Positions 12,480 to 24,627 are shown, counted from the whole stretch's first letter. The stretch is DNA of 60,955 nucleotides, filler included, from Sphacelaria rigidula (GCA_964200075.2; 9 parts of 9 records of this genome joined end to end with filler, not necessarily neighbours in it); one strand, 5' to 3'. Made by a program: numbers and translations. The notes: a model not told the origin generated them from the letters alone.

Positions 12480-13100
12480 TACAGTTATGGGTAGGGATTG
12501 CAGATTTTCGGTACTATATTCACGGAAAGTGCAAGCTGAACGCTACATGCGTCAGAAGTGCGGCCGGTAACCCAACGAGTCATGCAGTATCAACGGAAAA
12601 AACAAGCGTCACCTCCTACATATAACAACGTTTTCGTGAGATTGAGAGTAGAACGCTGATTGAGAGTGGCTTTGATCATTCGCTTGCTCTCAGCCATTTT
12701 TTCATTCCGTGTGTGCTCCCCTTTACCTCCATCACTAGCGTGTGCGTTTAGCTACACGTCGATATCCTACTCAGGGACATCAAGGACCTCACTGGCAAGC
12801 TGCTGCTGAAAGCATATTGGGCCTCGTGGAGGGGTATTTCGGAACAGAAACGATTCTTTCACTAATTGACCGCTTTTCACTCTCAATCGTGTCCTCTACT
12901 CTCAATCTCACGAAAACATTGTTGAATGGCGATTTGGGTCATAAGAAATGAACGATATTTCTAGCGTATTTATTCAAGTCTGGGAGTGGTCGGTGTTGAG
13001 GTGATGTTGTACCTCCGGAAAGCTCGCTCCACATCAGTAGATAATCTTGTTGCACTAGCGAGTGTCCCGCCTTTAACACGGGATCTTACAAATTGGGGAT
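12480..13100 (+). mobile_element. Degenerate Copia fragment
   Basis: GPHWQAAAESILGLVEGYFGT resembles Copia P...HW.AAKRILRYL.GT. Confidence 0.4.
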
Positions 13101-13169
13101 GGATTTTTTATTGGGGATGAGAAACCCGGATAATTAAAATTTTCGTATCCACACCAAATCTTCGAAATA

Positions 13170-13419
13170 TGGTTCCATTTGTTCATCTACTGATAGTGAC
13201 CACTGCTACACGCCATGGAAATTTGGATTTCGATCACCGAAATGTTGGGGTCCTAGGTGAAGAACCAATTTTGGAGAATACCGGGTGTCCGAACGGACGC
13301 CAAAATGGTCCCGAAATTAGTTTTTCACCTAGGATTTCAACATTTTGGTGATCGAAATTCAAATTTCTATGGCGTGTAGCAGGTGTCAACAGCTATCAGT
13401 AGGTGAAGAAATGGAACCA
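13170..13419. mobile_element. Fold-back element (about 250-nt near-palindrome)
   Basis: Arms TGGTTCCATTT...CTGCTACACGCCAT.GAAATTTG.ATTTCGATCACC.AAATGTTG...TCCTAGGTGAA pair across a very short loop. Confidence 0.85.
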
Positions 13420-13429
13420 CTATTAATAC

Positions 13430-13468
<39 letters not shown>

Positions 13469-13924
13469 NNNNNNNNNNNNNNNNNNNNNNNNNNNNNNNN
13501 NNNNNNNNNNNNTTAATTAATTAANNNNNNNNNNNNNNNNNNNNNNNNNNNNNNNNNNNNNNNNNNNNGTCCACCAATGGATAATGACAAGAGAACAAAA
13601 AAACAGAAGAAACACCCCCCCCCCCCCGCCCCCTGAAAAGACAAAACAAAGCCAAATATAAACGAAGAAATAAACAACACGCAAGAAAAGCAATGGGGAA
13701 AAAATATACTAGCCTCTGGACTTCATAATCAGAATCCCGGCCCTCCCACCAATGAGACATGAAAGATGGGGGAAGGGAGAAAAGTTATGTGCTTTAGTAC
13801 GTCAGATCTCAACTCCCCTGTATTCGAGTAGTCATGAATCTTAAATGCTCTTACTTTGACAGAACGATCACCCCACAAATAAAAAGAAAATGCCCCTCAG
13901 CTCGTCTGCGTGCTCATATCTCAA

Positions 13925-13958
<34 letters not shown>

Positions 13959-14451
13959 CCACGGGTGGGCGGCGCGGCCTCCCCGCCACCACCGCCCCCC
14001 CCCCCCCCACACCGCACTCNNNNNNNNNNTCCTTTAACAAAACCCTCACCCCCCAAAAAAAAAAAAAACGCCCCCCCCCCCCCCCGCGGTCCCATTTCCC
14101 ACTCCCCCCCCCCCCCCCCTCCCCCTCCCCCCTCTGGAAGGGTGGGTAGGGCGAGCGTTCCCGGACAACACGGTATCCACCACCCCCAAGCGACATTTAG
14201 GGGGGGGTGGGGGGTGATGATGTATGACGTACCCCGGTATGGTGCCAAAAATGCACGAAATCGTGTACAACCCGAACACGGTACTCGAAGGTAGGGGTGG
14301 GGAGGGGGTGATATCTAAAAGTACAGACGACATACACCGTGTTCTACCACGACATCCTTCATCGAAGCCGCGCACACACAAAAGTACTCCTTGACCGCTC
14401 GGGCTTGGATGAGAGAGGAGAGAAGGAGGAAGAGACGGGTATCATCCGCCA

Positions 14452-14703
14452 TTATGCCGAACAAACAGTGTCGGGTCGACAGAGCGCGCCCAGAATGTTG
14501 ATAAACCAGCCGCCCGCTTTTTTGTCCAGCGCGGCCTCTCGAGCGAAGCGATCGCGGTCATGTCGTGCGCGCAATACCTGTGCGGCGTCGGCGCCTTGCA
14601 CCTCCTCTCGTATTTCCAGCGCTCGGCTCAGCATATTGGTCGCTCGCTCGTGTTGCCCCGCCTCCCCGACGCACACAGCTAGTTCGTGCAGGGTATTGGC
14701 CAC
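14452..14703 (-). CDS. TPR-array protein (NB-ARC-TPR / kinesin-light-chain type), terminal exon with stop codon
   Basis: VANTLHELAVCVGEAGQHERATNMLSRALEIREE is a 42-aa TPR unit. cag| acceptor, phase 0. Confidence 0.85.
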   Translation of the reverse strand: MANTLHELAVCVGEAGQHERATNMLSRALEIREEVQGADAAQVLRARHDRDRFAREAALDKKAGGWFINILGALCRPDTVCSA

Positions 14704-14715
14704 CTGTCAAGAACA

Positions 14716-14750
<35 letters not shown>

Positions 14751-15682
14751 ACACACACACACACGCAGGACAAAAACAGTGTGACTCTCCCCGCGTATCC
14801 GACGGATTGGCTCCCATCTGGAGACTGCGCTGAGCGCAGTCGGATCAGTTTATTAGAGAGTTTAGGAAAACAAAAGCAGGCCGGAAAAATTCAGGGGTAA
14901 ATCGTTTGATTGGATTTTAGTAAGAAGACGCAAATTATTCCCGAGTTTTTGGCTCAAAATTTTGTTTTCCGAAACTCTTAATTGACTAACATGACATCAA
15001 TACCATTCTGTCCACCAGCCGGCATGTGCACCCGCCTTCCCCTTCGTGGTGTAACCACGCCGCGTCAACATTCTGCTGACAAGAACCCCAAACGTGTGTA
15101 CCGGGTGATATGTATATACACCCGCACACACTACAACTTAACCCCACAATAACAGCACGGCGTCCGCCGACATCATCAAACACTTGGGGCACAATGGTTC
15201 TGTCGGCCCACGGCATGCTCCGTTCCACCAAGCGCATAGCGATGGGAACGCGCCTGCGACTAAAAACATAAATAGGGAGGGAATCCCTCACGACCGCGTG
15301 CTCACGATCCTCTCCGTCTCCGTTCAAACATAGTAAACGCACAAAACCATCGCAGGGAAGCGCCGACTGCCGTCACATATCACACTCGTGCTGGACCCTC
15401 TACCATCGAACACTCTCTTCCGCACCACTTCCTTCTCGTCAAAAGCATCGGGTGGGTGGTCGGAAAAGATGTTTCGAGTGGATAAATCCTATCTCACTCT
15501 CCCGACACTACCGCGGGAAATCCCCAGCCCTCGGGAAAAAAAACAAAAAAAAACTTGAGTTAAGGAAAAACTCAATTCCCAGAAAAAAAAAAAAACTCGA
15601 CATTGGCACCATGCGCAGCACCAATAGACATAATCCTCTAAAAGGTGCAAGAGGTGGCGGGCAGGAAGTACTCAGACCGCAC

Positions 15683-15986
15683 AAACTCAGACGACAGCGT
15701 TTCGAGGTGCTGTCAACCGCTGACAGTTGCGCCCCCCGCCTCCCGGATCCCATGCACTTCGAACTTACTCCACACACTGTTACTGTCACTTAACCGTCGG
15801 TGCACTCGCCCTTGTACCTTGCTGCTTCTTACGCACACTGAACCACCCCACTTGACTCTCCCACAAGAGATCCGGCCCCATATGTTCTGAAATGGCTTCT
15901 AGAAACTCCGACCACCATAAACATCTGGGAAACTTCTGTCCGCTCCTGCGCATCAACTCGAGATTTCCTGGACTCAGGACCAAACC
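15683..15986 (+). repeat. Dispersed repeat, inverted partner of 17845-18151
   Basis: Shared blocks AAACTCAGAC, CTCCCGGATCCCAT, TTGTACCTT, TGTTCTGAAATGGCTTCTAGA and ATAAACATCTG. Confidence 0.85.
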
Positions 15987-15999
15987 TTTCTCAACTCAC

Positions 16000-16168
16000 C
16001 ACCAAATCATCTGCGCCGAGCCGTGCTTCTTGTACGTCCAGAGCCCTCTCCAGCAACCCCGTCGCTTCTTCGTCTCGCCCAACTTCCCACACCGCGAGGC
16101 CGAGCTCGTACGCGGTGGCGGCAGTGGCCAAATCATCCCCGAGTTTATTTTCTCGAATCTCCAAAGCC
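16000..16168 (-). CDS. TPR-array protein exon (ALEIRENKLGDDLATAATAYELGLAVWEVGRDEEATGLLERALDVQEARLGADDLV), not captured by the ORF track
   Basis: Manual translation. cag| acceptor, GTG|gtgagt donor, phase 2 to phase 0. Confidence 0.85.
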
Positions 16169-16680
16169 CTGTTTCATGCATACATGCACGGAGAGGAAGG
16201 GCGTGCTTTAAGCCGATTGTCGCACGAGAAAGGACCACTTTGACACGTCCCTGCAAGAAGAAATACACGGGTAAATGAATGCTACTGTTACCAACATCGT
16301 TTCTACCCGCATAGGAGTCCCGTCACTGAAGGCTGAGGTATCGTGCAACACACACACGTGACCCCATTTTTGTGTGAGTGCATGGAAGAAGCGTTGCGAG
16401 CGCCCAAATGTTGGAGGTGCCTTTTTTAGAGAGTAGGAGCGGTGCTTTTTCCTCGAAAAGGATGCGCGGTCGATGGTCAAACGACTAAGGCCAGCAACAG
16501 AGGAGTACGCTCCCTCCCCCGGTATCATGATATCCCTGGATAATGACTTACTAGATACAGGGTGAATGCGTGAGTGGGTGGACGAGGACGGGGATGGAGA
16601 CGGGGACCCCGCACGCGACAAATTCCCGCACTCAAGCGGGGACCCTCCAACTGAAGTGTACCGTTTCCACTGTTTTGTAC

Positions 16681-16886
16681 CTGCTTAAAATGCTAACGGC
16701 CTCGTCCTTCCGCCAGCCGGCCCCCAGGCACACGCCTAGCTCGTGCAAGGCGTGAGCAGTGAGGACGTCCGTTGGCCCTAGCTCCACCTCGTAGATCGCT
16801 ACGGCGCGACGGAAGTGCGAAGACGCATCCTCCGATCGGCCCGTGGCGGCAACCTGTACCCCCAGCTCGTGCAATGTGTACGCTAC
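16681..16886 (-). CDS. TPR-array protein exon (VAYTLHELGVQVAATGR...LHELGVCLGAGWRKDEAVSILS)
   Basis: Two LHELG motifs. cag| acceptor, CAG|gtac donor, phase 0 to phase 2. Confidence 0.85.
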
Positions 16887-17844
16887 CTGGTGCATGTGTG
16901 TGTTGGTGGGCGGGGGGGGGGAGGGGGGGAGCAGCGATTATGCATATCCATTTTTTGTTTGTTTCAGGTCGGCCATTTCTTTCTGTGCTTTGATTGTGCT
17001 GACTTTTTTATTACTTTTTTTCGTTGCGGCTTAGTCTGCTATGTCGTTCTGTTCGACTTTTTTTTTTTTCCTGTTTCTTTTTTTCTTCAGAGCGTGTTTC
17101 AGTGCCGTTTTTCTTGGGTACGTACGTCCATCACGAGACCACGGCTGGACGACCCCTGAGGGGTCAGTTGAAGTGCGACAATCAATCAATATATCAATCA
17201 GATACGCACGTCTCTTTCAGAGTCGTTGCATGAATGAATACACGACTCAACAAGGGATGCCGAAACATTGAGACTTTTTTTATTGGAACGCAATTCAAAA
17301 AAATACTAGTTTATTGCTTGGAATTGCGACAAAGTGGAACCCCTGCACGACACCGTCGGGGAGACTGGAGGCCTGGCCTCCCCACAAAAGGTTGAAATAA
17401 TCGAGTCCAAACCTTGTGGTCGTACCATTTTGATAATGAAAAATGCGGGTCGTTTGTCTCCCGCCTAAAGCGCTTCAAGTTCGGGCCTGGAATTGCTTTC
17501 CCCTCTGACCCCCCCCCCCAAAAAAACACTGTTTCCTGAAACTTTCAAACACCCGAACAATTTTTTCGGGACTATTTAGATATGTTTCATGTGCTTATTT
17601 TTTTCTGCCCCGTGTAATCGTTGGGGAAGGGTTGATTGTGATCGAAAGTTTTCGAAAATAGTCTCCGAAATAAATTGTGTGGGTAAGTTGCGATAGCCGC
17701 AAACCGTTGTCTGGTGGCGTTCGAGCTGTTGCATGTTGGGGATATTTTCCCGTCTTACGTGAGTGTAGGGGCATATATACTACTTCGCAACATTCCGAGC
17801 AACATTTTTTTTTCCTTTCCTTCCGACAGAAAAAAAAAAAGAAG

Positions 17845-18151
17845 GCTAGATTCTGTGTTGGGGAAGAATCCATGTTTTGTGCAGAAGCGGGAAGAATTTT
17901 AGCAGATGTTTATAGTGGTTGCAGTATCTAGAAGCCATTTCAGAACACATTGACCTGCAAGATTGCCTGTGTGATGAGCCAGGTGAGTCAGCTCGGTGTG
18001 GGAGAAGCAGGAAGGTACAATGTCAAGTGCATCCACGGGCAAGTAACAACAGCGGTGTCTGGGTTGAAGTCGAGGTTTATGGGATCCGGGAGACGGGTGT
18101 GGTGCGACCATCAGTTGGTGACAGCATCGCGAATCGATGTTGTCTGAGTTT
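17845..18151 (-). repeat. Dispersed repeat, inverted partner of 15683-15986
   Basis: Reverse complement aligns collinearly with 15683-15986, with many substitutions. Confidence 0.85.
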
Positions 18152-19066
18152 TTTTCCGAGTTGGGGGCGGGAGTGCATAATGTGACAAAACTCGAAAGCA
18201 ACTGCACAAACGATCTTATTTCTCAGGGTCCCCTGTTAACTCATTGAAACAAAACAAGAAAAAAACATATGCACAGATCATCCATCTGACCTACACGTCC
18301 GAATTTTGCTCAAATCGGCGCTCTGCTGATGGATACTTTCGCGTATCGGTTGCCCCTTCACTCGCTCCCCCCTTGCCCGGCGGGTTTCGGTCTATGCGGC
18401 TACGGCAATGTATTTCAGGGTTTGTTTGATTGAGTGACGGCTACAGTAGATCGTTGGTCGTTGTTCGCTGATTCGCTATTTTATGAATTTAGCTATACTG
18501 GTCACAAAGACCTACACGTCAACCACCAACGGAGTGTTTACCACCACCTCAAGTATACACGGTAGCCCTCCCCCCTGCCCCCCTCCCCGGCTCCACTCTA
18601 CTCCACTTCACTCCACTCCACCCCACCGACGAAGAAAATGCATCATCCATCACCTCTCAACATCTCAACAACTTCGGTTCCACTCCAAACCACACGCACA
18701 CGCACACTCACACGCACACGCACAGACGCAAAGACACACAGACACGCACACACACAGACACACACAAGATACATACACAGACACACACAAGCACATACAA
18801 ACACGAAGGCGTTTTCTTTTTTCCCTTCTTTTCTCGTTATTGTTCTTGTGTTTTCCTTCCTTCCTTCCTTCCTTCCTTCCTTCCTTCCTTCCTTCCTTCC
18901 TCGGGACAAGTATGAGTCTCTACAGGGATCGATCACTCAATCAATCGATCCATCCACCTTATCTCCCCCGTCGAAAATGAGTACCCCCCCCCCCGCTTTC
19001 GACGTCCTTGCCGGTGGACATGCGTTTTGTGTTTCACTCTCTGCTCAAATATATAAATTCACACAC

Positions 19067-19318
19067 CTGAACGTGGGCGTAACCCAAGTGCTTTTCCTTG
19101 ATGAAAAGCGCCCTACTCAGCAAATTTGCCGCATGCTCATTCCGGTTGGCTTTGCCGACGCACAACCCCAGCTCGTGCAGCATGTACCCCGACCTCAGGT
19201 CATCCTTCCCCAGCTTCGACTCGTAAATATCCAGGGCTCTCCGAAACCGTTTCTCTGCGTCCTTAACCAATCCAGCCTTCTTCAGGCAGACGCCCAAGAA
19301 GCTCAAGTTGTAGGCCTC
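19067..19318 (-). CDS. TPR-array protein exon, 252 nt, exactly two 42-aa repeats. Upstream part of the gene lies outside the contig
   Basis: EAYNLSFLGVCLKKAG...RALDIYESKLGKDDLRSGYMLHELG...LGYAHVQ, phase 0 at both ends. Confidence 0.85.
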
Positions 19319-19451
19319 CTGCAGAATTGAAAAAAAAACAAAAAAACGAAGGGTCTAAACAATCGTGCGTCGCGGACACCCCACAGATATCGTACGGCAT
19401 TTTTTTTTTTCTTCTCTTATTTCATATTTCTCGAGATTCGACTCAAAATAG

Positions 19452-19705
19452 CACACGTCGGACGAGCACGAGTGCGACTCGTGGCACTCGCACTCGTTGA
19501 GCTGCTCGTTGGTCGTGAAACAATTGATAGGGCGAGTACTCGAATCTTTGCTTGTTGTAGAAAAGGTTAATAGGGCGAGCACTCGAGTCATTGCTCGTTG
19601 TGGAAAAAAAATAACAGGGTGAGCACTCGAGTTATGCTCGTTGTGTTTTAAAAAAACATCCACGAGTGCACTCGTTTCGACGAGTAATGACTCGTCTGAC
19701 GTGTG
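19452..19705. mobile_element. hAT-type MITE with perfect 8-bp TSD CAAAATAG
   Basis: TIR CACACGTC(G/A)GACGAG. TSD at 19444-19451 and 19706-19713. Three internal AGGG(C/T)GAG(C/T)ACTCGA repeats. Confidence 0.85.
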
Positions 19706-21746
19706 CAAAATAGCCAGCGTGGAGTATTCCGTTGTTGTCACCTTCGACACGTCTATCTTAGTCAACACTACGAGAGGAATTCTCGGAGACCCAGGTCAGA
19801 TATCTGAAATGTACGAAATCAATCAATAGTATGACCAATTGATTGTTGGTTTGTCTAGTTGTCAATGAAATGTGAAATCAACCAATAATGACCAATCAGT
19901 TGTGGTTGTTTTGACTACTTTTCAATGACTCCTGTGTGGTACAGTGAAGAAAACAAATCACACCCTGGATAATGACATGAAAAATCCACACCCTGGATGA
20001 TGATATGAAAAATTCACACTCTGGATAATGACAAGATATGGTCAATGGATGCAACAGACAAAAAATGCACTGGGTACAGTTATGGGTGCGCCTGACCCCC
20101 CGAAATGAGCCAAAAAAGTGTCAAGGACCAAAAGCACGAACAGACCGGAGATCTCGTTCATCCCCTGATTATGCACGCCGTAAAATCCCCCCAAGTACTT
20201 GTGATTTGAGTGGGGTTTCCACTTGACGATTTCCCATTTTCGTCGTCCCGGGNNNNNNNNNNNNNNNNNNNNNNNNNNNNNNNNNNNNNNNNNNNNTTAA
20301 TTAATTAANNNNNNNNNNNNNNNNNNNNNNNNNNNNNNNNNNNNNNNNNNNNGCGTACTCATTTGTTGCTTGCCTTAGTCATTTGCCCATTGACCACGCA
20401 TCCCTTTCGAGACGGAGCACCGACTACGCCAGGGGGGGGTGATGGAGGAGCATATGTAGCAGCCCGCATAAGTACATGGACGCGCGATACGAGGCGGGAG
20501 TTACCCCGTTTCGGCGCGCCATGATCCAATGGGTGAACAGACTTCGTTTTTTGTCAGATCCTGCAGTAATGCTATAATGACCTGCATTCAAATCCCAACC
20601 GAAGGAAGGGCTGTTCAGGAGACAGGTGAACGCGGTGGTTGAGGCATGGAAAGCCAAACCACCCATATGCTTATACCTATATACTGTACCGCTGACCCTA
20701 ACCCTAACCCCAACCCAATGAATTGGTCATATCATCATCTTCAGACTCTGCGCCAATCTCAACCATGACTTTCGGCTGTTTTTTTTTCTGTCCTTCTAAG
20801 ACCCTGCTGACCCCACGAGGCAAATCGAGAACCTTGAGGCAAGGGGAAGGGGGTGCAGCCAGTGCCTTGGGCGACTTTCGCTTCTTAAGCCAAAACGCGC
20901 GTGCGCCCACGCTATGCGAGTGCTTGGGACTGTGAGCCCTTTGAAGATCCGAGTTTTATGTTCTACACTGAAATAAAATACTTTCTGTCTGATAAGTTTG
21001 GGCGCTTATGGTTGTACGAGCCCTTAACGGTGTGCTATTTGATTTTCGATCTTTTTATTGGATTCGTTGGCGTTTTTCCAGCTGAAACCACCATTCTTTC
21101 TACAACGTGTGGGTGCTTGACCCATGCAGCCGCGCCGCCGAGAAAAAGTAGGTCGGTCCAATAAGGACAGTTTTCGCTCGTTTTCCCAGGAAAGCATGAG
21201 AGACCCGGGAACACGAAAAATCGCGAGAAAGGGGCCAAAAGATGTTAGAACAGCGAAATCACCATTGATTTTGGACATGTCCGTGATGTTCACCTACGCA
21301 CGCCGCATCCAAGATTTTGTAAGCATGTAATTGCTAGTGCTCGACGTGAAAACGTCCAAAATCGGTCAATGATGGTGTATACTTGGATTTAAAATGGTCA
21401 AAATGGGGTATATTTCGACATAGTTTTAGTGATGGAAATAAGTTTTTTTCGTTTTTTTCTTCATCAGCTTCGCCTGCGCTTGACCTCTGTAACGAACCCA
21501 ATCACAGGATCATCGTCCACGTTGAAATACCCGAACGATGAAACGCCCATAAGTGCCCAGACTCATGAGACAGAGGAAGTATATTTTAAACATTTTTATA
21601 TTTATGTGCGGTGTGAACAGGAGACGTGGACGATCTCGGCAACTTTTGTTTTTGTTTCAACTGGTGCAGTTTTTGCGGCAATGATCGTGTCAAATTATCC
21701 ACCAATCGATCAGTTATGAAATGAGTCCAATCAATCGTATCTGCAG

Positions 21747-21902
21747 GCAGTTTCTCAAAAGGATCAAGGCGGCCGTACGCGGCCTCGATGCGTTCGAGCA
21801 AGAGCTCATCAGGTGGCAGGAGATGAACAACGACGCCAACACGGAGAGATTGCAGAACCAGATACGGGAGGTGGAAAAGATCCTGGCGTTCAAGAGCAAG
21901 AG
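21747..21902 (+). CDS. LETM1-domain protein, penultimate exon (QFLKRIKAAVRGLDAFEQEL...KSKR)
   Basis: cag| acceptor, AG|gtgcgt donor, phase compatible with the exon at 26012. Confidence 0.7.
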
Positions 21903-22407
21903 GTGCGTGTGTCATACTCCATTTTTGTGTCATACACCATGTCTGTGTGTTACATGGTGTGGATATTGTGGGGATTGGGCCATGCGGGAGAACGGGGGGC
22001 AGAGGAGGATTGAATTTATTTTGCACCTGAGAAAGGAAAGACCACTTTTGATAAGGGGGGGGGAGGTATGTAACTCCGTATTGCAAACGTGATGGTGAAT
22101 CTCGAGAAGCTGTCGCCCATCTTACATTCCATGCGGGAATATAGACGCTTCAGTAATAGTTCAGTGCACCACGCATCTGGCAGTTTTACGCACCAACGCG
22201 CGCGTTAATTTCTCGTACGAACATTTTTATACTCTAACCTCACCAACCCCTCCCCCTCACGAGACTGGAATTTGAATGAACCCTGATTCGTTCCACTACT
22301 TCCGTACCCAACGTTATCCTCTAGAAGAATGGGGAAATGGGGTTTGAGTTCAATAATGCACGCGCGCACGAGTCAGCTATTGAATTGAACACGAGTCAAT
22401 ATCACTA

Positions 22408-23030
22408 CCGTAGAACACGGTGTAGGCGACTCGTACGTAGTATACCCCCACCTCTCTCCCTTGGGTGTATTGGGGTACCGTAGTTTACGTCTGAAATAGG
22501 AGATTTTCGGGGGGGTTTGGTAGTCGGGGATATTCAAAAGTGTTTTCGCGTGCCACCGCTCATCCCTGTGAAGGTTTGATCCCGGAGTTTGGGGATCGGG
22601 AGAAACTCGGCATCACCTCCACATTCCGAAATAAGATCACATATGCGCTCATTTTTTAACTGATCGCGCCAGAGCCGAGCAAAAAATGTGCTTTAGATCA
22701 GAAACGGTTAATAACACCCCCTGTCAACTCAGCTCGGAAGTCGTTCGATATTGAGCGCAGAGACGAATTTTGTTTCGGGATGTGGAGCGGATGCATAGCA
22801 TCTCCCGACTGCCAAACGTTCGAATCAACCGCTCGCTGGGATGCGCGCAGCCACACAGAAAATCATTGAAAATCGCCGACTACGAAGAAATTACAAAAGA
22901 AAGTCCCATTTCACATGAAAACTACCATAGGTCATATAAGCCCTCCCCCCCTCCCCCCCCTGAATATCACCACCGGGTGATGACTTTCTGGGTGTTGTCA
23001 CTGGGGTGTCGTATACACCGTATCCTAGAG
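22408..23030. mobile_element. Diverged Tc1/mariner-pogo-like MITE
   Basis: TA|CCGTAGAACACGGTGTAGGCGAC versus GTCGTATACACCGTATCCTAGAG. Confidence 0.5.
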
Positions 23031-24178
23031 TGCTCTCAAACCCGCTGCCACTCATCCTGTAGTTAATGCGGGGAAAGGTAGCGGGACGGGGCTTATGCCC
23101 CATCTACATCATGCGAATTACAAGCGAACGTGTGTGTGTATGTGTGTGAGTGTGTTCGCCCGGGCTGCTCTCGGATGGGTGCTCAGCAGTGTTCCGTTAT
23201 TGTATCAATCAGAATCCCGACTGACGTGCAGGCCGCTCAGAGCCAAGGTATACCCATCCCGCATGCACCCGGGTCCTTCGTTGAGGCGGGGAGTAGTGTA
23301 ATCGTGCATTCTCGATGTCAGTTTATCCGTGCTTGATGTGGGTACGAGCTGGGCCAGCAGTAAATCCCGCATTCGCTTCGCCCACCATAACTTCCCAAGT
23401 TTCCCAAAATTAGCGCGACTCGAGCATATCGCTGTGAACTGTAGACCAACCTGGTAACTCACGGCACCGCCGCTGGTCGATTGGCGCAGTATTGGCGATG
23501 ATATTGTACTGCATCGAGTACCGGGTACGTCTCCTGCCGTTGCCTGACGACATGTCTGGAGACGTTTCGTTTCGCAATTTGCGGTGGAATTACTATACAC
23601 AGTTGCACCACATAAGCACACGAACGTCCGATATGCGCAGGCAAGAGCACACTGGTAGTGCTGCAAGATCGCATCAAGCTCGTCAACGGTTCCATCATGG
23701 GGGAGCACCTCCGAGCCGACCGTCGTATATCACCGTACGAGGGAGAAGTACTGCTCAAAACCGCGCTATACCCCCCCCCCCTCCCCTCCCAAAGCAAGAC
23801 CGTCACCAAAATATTAGACCCTTTTCGAGCCGGGAATTACGGGGGATTATGCACAAAATACAAGTGGTCATGTCGGGATTCGAACTCGTGACCTGTGTAA
23901 TTTAAGGCTGTTGTATCAGTTTGACCAACGGGGCGCAGCCGTGTCACACGAAAAGATGCGACGCGATGCTCAAGCTTAACAAGGATGTCCTTGACGCGAG
24001 TGCCCACAACCCACTGGGAGGTGCAGGCGTTTCGATCATCCTTTGACGAAGTTATAGCATTTTTCCTGTATTTGCTCAAAACTTCAATTCGCTGCAACTT
24101 TTTTTTTCCCATCTGTACCTCCCGTAGGGTTGCGCAGGTTGATGATATAAAACATCGTGTCAAAATTTCAGCGCCTTA

Positions 24179-24467
24179 TGCCGTTTCTTCCGGTTCGTAT
24201 TTCGTTTGCCTCGTATTTTCCACTTTTAGGACATTTGACAAGGTTTTTTTTACCCTCAAACAGGGAAAATCGCCAACACACGTCTTGGACACTTTGTATC
24301 ACCCCACCGAGAGGAGCCTAGCCCACTTTTCCCATTGGCCTGGGTCAGAGATTTCGAGAGCGGCCACTGGACAAGAATATTAGAAAAACATATGGTCAAA
24401 AACCTCGTCAAATGTCCTAAAAGTGGGAAATACGAGCCAAACAAAATACGAACCGGAAGAAACGGCC
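24179..24467. mobile_element. MITE with about 70-bp TIRs and TTA/TAA flanks (Harbinger/Tourist-like)
   Basis: GCCGTTTCTTCCGGTTCGTATTT.GTTTG.CTCGTATTT.CCACTTTTAGGACATTTGAC is mirrored at 24399-24467. Confidence 0.8.
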
Positions 24468-24627
24468 TAACTCTTGTAATTACCAATCGCAGCTCCATTC
24501 TTCATTCAAAGATCACTGTCAGCTGGCCCAGCTCGTACAACAGAATATATATCGTAGGAAGAGTGCTTATCGGAGGAGGGGAGGGCAATCCCTCGGCGGC
24601 AAAATGCGCTGTACGAAACTAGAAATA

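Noticed and set aside
13868..14294. Poly-Pro and poly-Gly ORFs
   Set aside because: They arise from homopolymer C runs around an N gap, i.e. low-quality sequence
19505..19640. CRISPR-like repeat-spacer pattern
   Set aside because: Only three degenerate units with similar spacers, inside a TIR/TSD-bounded MITE, in eukaryotic DNA with no cas genes
20694..20716. Telomere
   Set aside because: Only two or three CCCTAA units at an internal position
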